NCBI GenBank assembly: GCA_021822985.1
Contig: JAKAPZ010000001.1
Span: 1-58,326, forward strand
Direction of reading: 5' to 3'
DNA length: 58,326 nucleotides
From: Thermoplasmata archaeon
Lineage (GTDB): Archaea; Thermoplasmatota; Thermoplasmata; Thermoplasmatales; Thermoplasmataceae
Of the stretch, positions 9,264 to 17,681 are shown piece by piece (position 1 is the first letter of the stretch; every line of letters begins with the position of its first letter). Below the pieces are notes generated by a model. That model was not told where the DNA came from and ran no database searches. It saw nothing but the letters and a program-made list of their open reading frames with translations. Both the position numbers and the translations under genes were made by a program.

Positions 9264-10206
9264 AACCTGACCCCCCATTCATCTCCAATACCAGGCTTCC
9301 CATCTCTCCTTCCGGAAAAGTGTCCCTTAACTGTTTAAGAGTGCTCTGCAATGGAACGGAAAGGGGCCCCGTGTTGATTGACAGAGCACTGGACATATTT
9401 TTCCTTCCAAATTCCATCAAAAATGGCATTGCTGAAAACCTTGAGCCTGCAATCCTGTAAGAGCCATAGGAAAGAAAGGCTGGAAAAGCTGAGATCAATA
9501 TGATGATTCCCATCTGCTGAAAGAAATTTCCAGTCAGGTTGATGTAAACATATAACATCAACAGGATCGGCACAGGCAGAAAAGCTGCCTCAAGGAACAC
9601 TATCCATAATTTTATAAGTATACCTCTCCCCCTTGCACTGAACGACAGAACCGATAAAAGGGGAAGGAGGAGAAACAGCATTATCAGAATCCCCTCCCTT
9701 AGCATCAGGGACATTGTTATCCCTATTGCGCTGATAGTGTATATGCTTGAAAAAAATATTTCAGAGTATGCCTGATTCCCTGAAGGGCCCATGCTCGAAA
9801 GAACATATGCATCTGAAAAATAATAGCTCCATCCTGATGACATGGACAGAATTCCGTGTGCTGCAAAAAGCGAAACAATAAGGGATAATTTCATGACATA
9901 TACGGAAAATGACAACAGGAAGAGACCGACTGCAGAATTTTCCAGAATATGTCTTTTTTCCTTTTCCAACCCCGTAAGTATTGCAATGCCGGAATATGCA
10001 AGGGAAATGGTCATCAGAATAGGCACGAGATTAAACAGGCTGCTCTCAAGCCTGCTGATGTTTCCGTTGAAGAGACGCCATACAAGGTATGAATTCGAAT
10101 TCTCCAACCCCTCACCTATGGCCATTTTCCATAAAAACTGCGTAAGAAAGAGTTCCATGGATAGAAATGCCTTTCCAAGTGCCGTTATGATTGATGAAGA
10201 TATCAT
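9235..10206 (-). CDS. VirB6/TrbL-like (CedA-like) multi-pass membrane protein
   Basis: About 6-7 TM segments; LREGILIMLFLLLPLL..L....RG...L.KLW pattern resembles VirB6/TrbL; lies between the pilin-like and VirB4-like genes. Confidence 0.55.
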   Translation of the reverse strand: MISSSIITALGKAFLSMELFLTQFLWKMAIGEGLENSNSYLVWRLFNGNISRLESSLFNLVPILMTISLAYSGIAILTGLEKEKRHILENSAVGLFLLSFSVYVMKLSLIVSLFAAHGILSMSSGWSYYFSDAYVLSSMGPSGNQAYSEIFFSSIYTISAIGITMSLMLREGILIMLFLLLPLLSVLSFSARGRGILIKLWIVFLEAAFLPVPILLMLYVYINLTGNFFQQMGIIILISAFPAFLSYGSYRIAGSRFSAMPFLMEFGRKNMSSALSINTGPLSVPLQSTLKQLRDTFPEGEMGSLVLEMNGGSGYEDRFDETD

Positions 10207-10487
10207 CAGTTTCCTGTTATAATGAAATTGAACGCCCCATATATCACTCCGGTAACCGCAAGAATATAGATTCCTGTGCCTAAAGCAGCAGATTTAGCCC
10301 TGCTGTACGAAGTATATTTTCTATTTTCATCTGTGCTGAAGAAACCTATTGCTATGGGAATCCACATGAGTGCTATCATAATGCTTGATGCTGAGACGAT
10401 TATATACAGACTCCTGGAAAGAATGTCATTAGTCTGGCTGTATTGTGAAAAATCCGATACGGTTGCAAATATTGCTTCTTTTAGCAT
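10206..10487 (-). CDS. VirB2/TrbC-like pilin (CedA1/TedC-like) small two-helix membrane protein
   Basis: 93 aa; hydrophobic helix, charged loop STDENRK...RAK, second hydrophobic helix AALGTGIYILAV; stop overlaps the next start (TGATG). Confidence 0.55.
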   Translation of the reverse strand: MLKEAIFATVSDFSQYSQTNDILSRSLYIIVSASSIMIALMWIPIAIGFFSTDENRKYTSYSRAKSAALGTGIYILAVTGVIYGAFNFIITGN

Positions 10488-10491
10488 TAAT

Positions 10492-10525
10492 TCACCGTAA
10501 GGGAGAGATTAAAAAATGTTTACTT
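10492..10525 (-). promoter_or_regulatory. Putative BRE/TATA box and GGTGA ribosome-binding site of the pilin-VirB6-VirB4 operon
   Basis: Minus strand reads AAAGTAAACATTTTTTAAT ~22-38 nt upstream of ATG 10487; GGTGA at 10492-10496. Confidence 0.4.
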
Positions 10526-10534
10526 TGTGTGCCA

Positions 10535-11050
10535 TTATTGTAATTTATCGTAAATCATGGCTTCTTCTTTTACCTTTGAAAGAAGATCTTTCCTTCTTAA
10601 ACTCCTCTCTTCTGCTTCCTTGAAACGTGTCTTGGAGTTTTCATCTTCCAGAATCAGACCGGGTATTGAGGATGCTCTTCCGTCCTGATCAATTCCTACA
10701 TAAGTGAGATATGCCTTCGTAGCAAACCTGCTCTTTCCGGTGCTTGGATCCTGCGATAAAACATCAACCTCTATTTCCATTGTGGTTTTAGTCACATAAT
10801 TTATCTTTGCATCCAGTTTAACTATGTACCCAATGTGAATTGGCGCGAGGAAGAATATGCTGTCAATGCTTCCAGTGACTGTTCTCTGCCTGCAGTGCTT
10901 GAAAGCCACAATAGATGCAATATTATCGATCCATTCCATTAGCCTCCCTCCATAAAGTGAATTGAAGACATTCGTGTCCGGAGGTAAAACAAGTTTTTCC
11001 GTCACGGTTCTGCTGTCCTTCCAGCTCTTCTTGTACCTGTTGGCTTCCAT
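10535..11050 (-). CDS. Acyl-CoA thioesterase (hotdog fold, YciA-like)
   Basis: LPPDTN...LYGGRLMEWID and VT.SID...FLAPI motifs. Confidence 0.9.
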   Translation of the reverse strand: MEANRYKKSWKDSRTVTEKLVLPPDTNVFNSLYGGRLMEWIDNIASIVAFKHCRQRTVTGSIDSIFFLAPIHIGYIVKLDAKINYVTKTTMEIEVDVLSQDPSTGKSRFATKAYLTYVGIDQDGRASSIPGLILEDENSKTRFKEAEERSLRRKDLLSKVKEEAMIYDKLQ

Positions 11051-11129
11051 ATTACCTCATGAGATGAAGTGATATAAATTTGAACTGAAGTTTAGCATAA
11101 AATAGTATTATGAAATATCCATCCGTCAG

Positions 11130-11807
11130 ATGAACAGTGAAGAATTTAAGAAAATGGCAGCCCAGAGTGCCATGGAAAAACTTCAGGGCAGGAAAATAGT
11201 TGGAATTGGTACTGGATCCACTGTAAAATATCTTATTGACGAAATTGGGGCAGATCATCTGCGTTTCCAGAACACACTGTTCGTACCCACTTCCAATGAC
11301 AGCGAAAAAAAATTGATTCAGCATGGGCTTAAGGTGACACATGAATTCTCAGGTTTCATTGACATTACCATAGATGGCTGTGATGAAATAGACCCTGATG
11401 GAAGACTCATAAAAGGTGGCGGAGGGGCCCTCACCAGAGAGAAGATGGTTGCATACAACAGCAGGGAAGTTGTAATTATTGCTGATTCCACAAAATCAGT
11501 GGATAAACTTGGTGATTTTGGAGTTCCTGTTGAAATACTTCCATTCCTATGGAGGAATACTATCGAAAGACTGAATGAGTTTTGCAGGACAGAAATCAAG
11601 GGAGACCCTGAATCAAAAACAGATAATGGAAACCTTGTAGCAATGGTAAGGACAGGAAAGATGAATGACCCCGAAAAAGTGTTCAATTTCATAAAAAATA
11701 TTCCGGGGGTTGTGGAAGTAGGAATATTCCTAAATTTGACGAATTCTTCAATAATCTGTGGAAGAGATGGTTGCTCCTTTAAGGATTATCCCCTCAATAA
11801 AAGATGA
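11130..11807 (+). CDS. rpiA: Ribose-5-phosphate isomerase A
   Basis: GIGTGST, DGCDE, IKGGGGALTREK, TDNGN and GVVEVGIF motifs. Confidence 0.95.
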   Translation: MNSEEFKKMAAQSAMEKLQGRKIVGIGTGSTVKYLIDEIGADHLRFQNTLFVPTSNDSEKKLIQHGLKVTHEFSGFIDITIDGCDEIDPDGRLIKGGGGALTREKMVAYNSREVVIIADSTKSVDKLGDFGVPVEILPFLWRNTIERLNEFCRTEIKGDPESKTDNGNLVAMVRTGKMNDPEKVFNFIKNIPGVVEVGIFLNLTNSSIICGRDGCSFKDYPLNKR

Positions 11808-11810
11808 ATA

Positions 11811-12548
11811 TTATTTGTTGAATGAAGCTTCCCTTTTTTCAATAAAAGCTTTCACTCCTTCTTTCTGGTTTTCGGTCTTGAAGACTCTTCCAAAATACTC
11901 CATCTCCAGATAGAAAGCATCATCATGTTTTGCCCTTATGAGTTCCTTGATATACCCGAGAGATTCCACCGGGAGCTTTTCATATTGTTTTGCTGTCTCC
12001 ATTCCTTTTTTGTGGTAATCTTCAGTAATTTCATTGAGTATCCCCATGTTCATTGCTTCTTCCGCGCTGAACTTCTTTCCTGTGGTAGCAAGTTCAAAAG
12101 CTTTTGTTTCCCCTACCAAATGGCGGAGTCTCTGTGTGCCTCCAAACCCGGGAAGAATCCCAAGCGTTATTTCCGGAAGGCCCATGATTGTTGAGGGATG
12201 CGCAATTCTGTAATCACAAGCAATTGCAAGTTCCATGCCACCCCCAAGGGCAAATCCATGGATAGCAGCGATTACAGGCATCTTCCTTTCTGCAATGAAA
12301 TTCATTACATCATGCCCTCTTCTGGAGAATTCGTAAGCAGCCTGCGGCTGAAGATCGAGAAACGCCTTGATATTTGCGCCCGCGCTGAATGCCCTGTTCA
12401 TGCCGGAAATCAGCCCTATTTTCTTCTCGTCCTTCAATACCTCTCCAATTTCTTCCAGAACCTCCACTGTGAGAGGATTCATTGGATTCTTGCAGTTTAT
12501 CTGAATATCTGCAACCCTTCCGGAGTGTTCGACATTGATATATTCCAT
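11811..12548 (-). CDS. Enoyl-CoA hydratase/crotonase
   Basis: AFSAGANI, GFALGGGMELAIACD and PEITLGILPGFGGTQRL; start set to ATG 12548 behind GGTGA. Confidence 0.92.
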   Translation of the reverse strand: MEYINVEHSGRVADIQINCKNPMNPLTVEVLEEIGEVLKDEKKIGLISGMNRAFSAGANIKAFLDLQPQAAYEFSRRGHDVMNFIAERKMPVIAAIHGFALGGGMELAIACDYRIAHPSTIMGLPEITLGILPGFGGTQRLRHLVGETKAFELATTGKKFSAEEAMNMGILNEITEDYHKKGMETAKQYEKLPVESLGYIKELIRAKHDDAFYLEMEYFGRVFKTENQKEGVKAFIEKREASFNK

Positions 12549-12552
12549 TTCA

Positions 12553-13392
12553 TCACCTGTACGTGTAAAACCCTTCAGATGATTTTCTTCCGAGCTTTCC
12601 CGCTGTAACCATATTCTTGAGCGTAATAGGGGGCTTGAATCTTGGATCGCCATAATCTCTGTAAAGAACCTCAAGCACATCATAACACACATCAAGCCCG
12701 ACAAAATCTGCAAGTTCCAGCGGGCCCATCGGATGGTTCATCCCCAGCCTGAATGTTTTATCTATATCTGCAGCAGAAGCAACACCCTGTTCAAATGTCA
12801 ATATTGCTTCCCTTATGAGTGGCATGAGAATCCTGTTGGAAACGAATCCAGGGAAATCCTTTGAAAAGACAGGGTCTTTTCCTATCTCTATCATCACCTT
12901 TTCTATTTTTTCAACAACCTTTTTATCCGTTCTCTCTGATGTTATAATTTCAACAAGTTTCATAACGGGAACCGGATTGAAAAAATGCGTTCCAAGAAAT
13001 CTCTCCCTGCCCTGGACATACTGCGACAGCATGTTGATGGATATTGAAGAGGTGTTTGTGCCAATAATGGCATGTGGATCGGCATTCCTGCTTATGGCCT
13101 CCAGTGTCTCCTTCTTTATCTCAATCTTTTCAAAAACAGCTTCAATTATAATCTCGCTTTTCTTTATATCTTCCAGGCTTGAACTGTATGTGATCTTGCC
13201 CATGATTGATTCTATGCTCTCCTTCAGGAGCCCTTTCCTGTTCAATCTTGAAAGCGATTCCTTTATATTCGATTCTGCAGAAGATAACACATTCCTGTTG
13301 ATGTCTAACAGGATCACATTGTGACCCGCCTGCGCAAAAACCTGACCTATGCCTCTTCCCATTGTTCCTGCTCCTACTACGCTTACATTCAT
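12553..13392 (-). CDS. 3-hydroxyacyl(butyryl)-CoA dehydrogenase
   Basis: GAGTMGRGI, TNTSS, HFFNPVP, PGFVSNR and HPMGPLELADFVGLD motifs. Confidence 0.95.
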   Translation of the reverse strand: MNVSVVGAGTMGRGIGQVFAQAGHNVILLDINRNVLSSAESNIKESLSRLNRKGLLKESIESIMGKITYSSSLEDIKKSEIIIEAVFEKIEIKKETLEAISRNADPHAIIGTNTSSISINMLSQYVQGRERFLGTHFFNPVPVMKLVEIITSERTDKKVVEKIEKVMIEIGKDPVFSKDFPGFVSNRILMPLIREAILTFEQGVASAADIDKTFRLGMNHPMGPLELADFVGLDVCYDVLEVLYRDYGDPRFKPPITLKNMVTAGKLGRKSSEGFYTYR

Positions 13393-14561
13393 TCTACCAC
13401 CTCAAGTGACAAACTGTGTCCTCCCCCACCGCCATGGCATAGCGTGGCTATGCCTGTGCTCATTTTCCTTGCCTTCAGTGCGTGAAGAAGTGTGACGACT
13501 ATTCTTGAACCGCTGTTTCCAAGAGGATGCCCCATTGCAATGGCCCCCCCATTGACATTGAACCTGTTGTTGTCTATCTTTAGCATGTCCCTGACCAGAA
13601 GCGAGGCGGATGCAAAAGCCTCATTGTGCTCAACAAGATCAATCTCATCAACCTTCTTTCCTATCCTGTTCAGAAGTGCCCTGGTCGAGTGGACTGGGGC
13701 TTCCACAAATTCCCGTGGATCCATTGATGCAGATGTGAAACCGGTAATCTTCCCGAGTGGCTTAAGATTGTGCTCCGTGACAGCTTTTTCAGATGCAAGG
13801 ACAAGAGCAGATGCTCCATCCGATATCTGTGAAGAATTTCCTGCTGTGTGCAATCCATTCTCACCAAATGATGGCTTGAGTTTTGAAAGGGATTCCATAG
13901 ATGTTTTCCTTACTCCCTCATCAATTTTAAGTTCAGGAAGTTCTATAATCTCGTTCTTGAAATAACCTTTCTCCGTGGCCATGAGGGCCCTTTCCTGGCT
14001 CTGAATGGAAAACTCATCAAGGTATTCTCTTTTCATGTTAAATTTCTTTGCAGTGATGTCGGAATAATAACCCATTGCCATACCGTAGAATGCATCCTGG
14101 AGGCCATCATGAAACATTGAATCTGTAATCTTCTCCTGAGAATTGAACATCTGTTTGACTCCCCATCTGAGTGAGTTTGACAGGAGGTATGGTGCCATGC
14201 TCATGTTTTCAGTGCCACCTGCAACAATTATATCTTTTTCTCCAAGCATGATTTCTCTTGAAGCATTCTCCAATGCAAGCATTCCGGAAGCGCAGACCAC
14301 ATTGACCGTATTCTTTGTTACAGTGTACGGAAGTCCGGCAGATGATGCACATTGGCCTGCAGGATTCTGGCCGTTTCCGGCCTGAATTACATTTCCCATG
14401 AGAACCTCTTCAATGTCTTCCCCTTTCAACCCGGAAGAATCCACTGCTGATTTTATTGCATAGCCCCCTAAATGGGCAGCATTAATGTCTTTCAGTGATT
14501 TGCCAAATTTTCCAATTGGTGTTCTTTTTGCAGAAATGATATAAACATCTGCTTTTGACAT
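13389..14561 (-). CDS. Acetyl-CoA C-acetyltransferase (thiolase)
   Basis: NVVCASG, NEAFA, GHPLGNSG and CHGGGGG motifs. Confidence 0.95.
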   Translation of the reverse strand: MSKADVYIISAKRTPIGKFGKSLKDINAAHLGGYAIKSAVDSSGLKGEDIEEVLMGNVIQAGNGQNPAGQCASSAGLPYTVTKNTVNVVCASGMLALENASREIMLGEKDIIVAGGTENMSMAPYLLSNSLRWGVKQMFNSQEKITDSMFHDGLQDAFYGMAMGYYSDITAKKFNMKREYLDEFSIQSQERALMATEKGYFKNEIIELPELKIDEGVRKTSMESLSKLKPSFGENGLHTAGNSSQISDGASALVLASEKAVTEHNLKPLGKITGFTSASMDPREFVEAPVHSTRALLNRIGKKVDEIDLVEHNEAFASASLLVRDMLKIDNNRFNVNGGAIAMGHPLGNSGSRIVVTLLHALKARKMSTGIATLCHGGGGGHSLSLEVVE

Positions 14562-14595
14562 GATCACCTATATTATCTCTGCCTTAAAAGTCTTA

Positions 14596-14790
14596 TGACA
14601 TACTTTCCGCCCTATGGGACGGGACTTCCTGCTTCTATGAAAGGAGTTGCCGTTGCAGGTATTGCTCTGATATTCGCATGCGTAAATTTGGAATTGCACA
14701 TCCCTACTTTCTTTATTCCAATGTTGAGAAGGTTGATGGCATCCCTTGCCTGAAGAAAATGGCATTCTGTACATCGGAGATTGCCCGGCA
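14596..14790 (-). mobile_element. Remnant of an IS200/IS605-family tnpB 3' end plus right end (omega-RNA/reRNA region)
   Basis: Translates as RCTECHFLQARD-AINLLNIGIKKVGM...FTHANIRAIP...IEAGSPVP*, like a TnpB C-terminus; followed by hairpin CCGTCCC-ATA-GGGCGG and terminal GTATGTCA. Confidence 0.7.
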
Positions 14791-14875
14791 ATATTATTGA
14801 GTTCGTCCCTTTTCCTATGGGCACACAATAATTGTTTACAAAAAAGATAAAAGAATCCAGAGCAATTTTGATATT

Positions 14876-15688
14876 TTAGCCCTGTTCAACGCTGTTGTCT
14901 GCGTGGCTTATCCAGTCGCTGTAGCTCCCGAGATAGAGGACAGGTTTCTTCCCAAGCATCTTAAGGACAGCAAAAGTAACGCATGATGTCACACCTGAAC
15001 CACAATAGAGGATTGAATTGTTTTGGGCAGATTTCAGGATCGTTCTCAATTCCTCCTCACTTTTTAGATATGAACCATTCATTAGATTCTGGAATGGCAG
15101 ATTTATTGATCCGGGTATCCTTCCCGGGATCCTGTCTATGGGCTCAGATTTTCCAAGATATCTGATTTCATCCCTGACATCGATTATCTGGGATTTCCCA
15201 ATTGAACCCTTGACTTTATCCATATCAACAAGGATGCTCCTGTCGGGTTTCATACTGATTCTTCCATCAATTTTGTGTGCAGGAACATTTTTAGTGGTGG
15301 GGGCACCATATTTCCTCCATGCATCTATCCCGCCATTCAGAATATATGTGTCATTATGCCCAATAAAGGTCCGAAGGAACCACATTCTTGCTGCACCTGA
15401 TAGATTGTCGTCATAACAGATAACGGTCATATCATCGGTGAGACCAGTGTTTTCAAGTTTTTCCCTGAATGTTTCAAGATCCGGCATTGGATGCCTTCCG
15501 CCATCCGCATCAACCTTTCCCGCAAGATCCCGGTTCAGATCAAAATAATATGCGCCGGGTATGTGCCCTTCACGATATTCCCTTTCACCCCATTCTGCAT
15601 CAGTCAGCCTGTATCTGCAATCGTAAAAAATTGCCTTGTTCCTTATCTCTGCGGCACCTGCTGCGTCTATAAATGTTTTTTCCGGCAT
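14876..15688 (-). CDS. Tandem-domain rhodanese/sulfurtransferase (SseA-like)
   Basis: GHIPGA, GGRHPMP, active-site YCGSGVTSC, YLGSYSDW. Confidence 0.92.
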   Translation of the reverse strand: MPEKTFIDAAGAAEIRNKAIFYDCRYRLTDAEWGEREYREGHIPGAYYFDLNRDLAGKVDADGGRHPMPDLETFREKLENTGLTDDMTVICYDDNLSGAARMWFLRTFIGHNDTYILNGGIDAWRKYGAPTTKNVPAHKIDGRISMKPDRSILVDMDKVKGSIGKSQIIDVRDEIRYLGKSEPIDRIPGRIPGSINLPFQNLMNGSYLKSEEELRTILKSAQNNSILYCGSGVTSCVTFAVLKMLGKKPVLYLGSYSDWISHADNSVEQG

Positions 15689-15734
15689 TACACCTGAGAA
15701 TTGAAAAAAGAGTATAAAGCACTTTTGTGCTTAA

Positions 15735-16694
15735 TTATCTTGCCATAGACAGATATCTGTGTGCATCATCTATGACCCTTACCACGTAATATCCATCCCT
15801 GTCCCTTGCTATATGGGATTCTTCTCCGGATACTGCCTTTTCGAATTCAATGATTTCCTTTTCGTATATGTTTCCGCCTGATTCTTTCTGCAGGGAACTT
15901 CCATTTACCAGTATTTCGTAATCAATAGACGTAGAAAAGAAGTTTTTCACCCTTATCTCTTCTCCTTCGGTTACGACTACCAGATCATTGCGCAATGCAG
16001 AGGTTTCCCTTGAACTGTAAGCTGTTCCGATGAAATTCTCAAACTGCATGTTTACAAGCATGGATCTGTCGATCATTGAACCTTCGGGGAGGGCAAAAGC
16101 AGTCACTTTTCTCGGGAACTTACCAGCTATGTTCAATATAGTGTCTATGACATGAACACCTGTACCCATCACAGAACCCCCTCCGGACTTTTCATATTCT
16201 CCCCACCATCTTGTATCATCAGTGATATTAAGGTGCGAAGTGCTCATATGGCCCCAGTAACCTGAAATGAGTTTAATTGAAACCTGTGTTTCAGAAAGCC
16301 TTTTTTTCACAACACTGATTGCAGGATGCATCCTCAGATGAAAACCAACAGCAACCCGGACTTTCTTTTCTTTTGCCAGCTCCATAATGTCCTTTGCTTC
16401 AACTGCCCTGAGAGTCATGGGTTTTTCCATGAGGACATTCTTTCCATTCCTGATGGCCTTCATTGCATGTTCATAATGGAGAAAATTAGGGGAGCCTATG
16501 TATACACTCTCTATATCTGATCTTAACATCTCATCATAAGTGCTGAAATATTTACAGGAATGCTGATCTGAAACAGTATTTCCCTTCCCGCTGTTTGTTG
16601 TAGTTATACCGAGAATCTCGCTTCCGCTTGAGATGATGGAAGGCATTACCCTGTTGATTGCATGATTTCCCAGCCCTATGATTCCGTATTTCAT
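15735..16694 (-). CDS. Gfo/Idh/MocA family oxidoreductase
   Basis: GIIGLG, EKPM and GGGSVMGTGVHVID motifs. Confidence 0.9.
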   Translation of the reverse strand: MKYGIIGLGNHAINRVMPSIISSGSEILGITTTNSGKGNTVSDQHSCKYFSTYDEMLRSDIESVYIGSPNFLHYEHAMKAIRNGKNVLMEKPMTLRAVEAKDIMELAKEKKVRVAVGFHLRMHPAISVVKKRLSETQVSIKLISGYWGHMSTSHLNITDDTRWWGEYEKSGGGSVMGTGVHVIDTILNIAGKFPRKVTAFALPEGSMIDRSMLVNMQFENFIGTAYSSRETSALRNDLVVVTEGEEIRVKNFFSTSIDYEILVNGSSLQKESGGNIYEKEIIEFEKAVSGEESHIARDRDGYYVVRVIDDAHRYLSMAR

Positions 16695-16771
16695 AAGGAA
16701 GACAGTGAATCTGGAAATAAGAAACTTGTTACTGAAAGAAAGTATTTTATATTTTCATTAACTCATTTAAC

Positions 16772-17662
16772 GTGTCCTCTAACAGCAACAAAAAGAAAAA
16801 GGGTCTGACAGATACTGAAAAGACAGTGGATCATAAAACTTTTGCATCCAAATTCAGTGAATTATCAAAAAGTAAAACTTTTATGAGAATAATCACGATC
16901 GTTGTCGCAGTAATATTGATTTCAGTCATACTTGGTGTGAGCGGGGTTGTGAACCTGAATCCTTATGGTGGTTCAAATGGCTCAGGCAACTCATCAGGTC
17001 TGCCCTCATTCATTAAGGCAGGGGAATTTGCCAATATTTCCAGTAGCAATATCGGAACAAAAAACCAGATCAACATATATTTCATGTCATGGAGAGGCTG
17101 CCCCATAGGAGCTGCGGAAAGCTGGATATTGTATCAATACATAAATCAGACATACCACAGCAGGAACTATATAATTTCATACCACTACAGTGATCCGAGT
17201 GAGAATATACACAATATACCGGGCCTGTTGTTCACAAACTTCTCATTCAACAACGGCAAGGTTCAGATCAATTTCCATGTGGATTATGTTTATCCTGAAC
17301 AATTTCCACAGACACCAACACCAAGCCAGGCACTTGTGAATGAAGGAATAACAACGCTGAAATCTACATCGGGTTTCCCGCCGGCAGCCATAAACGACTT
17401 TGTGGATTATGAGACTATGGTTCCCACCCAACCCAACCCGTCCAGCACCACTACGGAACCTCTTGCAAATTACGCGGGACATCTTACAACATGCATAATT
17501 ATCAGCGGAAATAATGGGACTTTCTTCCTGGAGGGAGCACTATACAGCCCAGTAACCATTCAGGGGCAGACTTACTCATACATGCTTAACAACAGTGCTC
17601 AGTTTACCGGAATAACAAATGGGGAAAATTACATTTCTCAGATTGTGAACGATGCACAGTAA
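16772..17662 (+). CDS. DUF929-like membrane-anchored extracellular protein
   Basis: Basic N-terminus, single TM, SWRGCPIGAAESW and IPGLLF motifs. Confidence 0.7.
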   Translation: MSSNSNKKKKGLTDTEKTVDHKTFASKFSELSKSKTFMRIITIVVAVILISVILGVSGVVNLNPYGGSNGSGNSSGLPSFIKAGEFANISSSNIGTKNQINIYFMSWRGCPIGAAESWILYQYINQTYHSRNYIISYHYSDPSENIHNIPGLLFTNFSFNNGKVQINFHVDYVYPEQFPQTPTPSQALVNEGITTLKSTSGFPPAAINDFVDYETMVPTQPNPSSTTTEPLANYAGHLTTCIIISGNNGTFFLEGALYSPVTIQGQTYSYMLNNSAQFTGITNGENYISQIVNDAQ

Positions 17663-17681
17663 AAAATAAATTTTTTATTTA

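Noticed and set aside
12549-12713. N-terminal extension of the enoyl-CoA hydratase, or a hydratase-dehydrogenase fusion
   Set aside because: It overlaps the dehydrogenase in another frame; the dehydrogenase has its own stop and the hydratase has GGTGA before ATG 12548
14596-14830. Structured intergenic region as RNase P/SRP RNA, or the 86-aa ORF 14568-14828 as a real gene
   Set aside because: RNase P/SRP conserved motifs are absent; the sequence is better explained as a tnpB 3' end remnant
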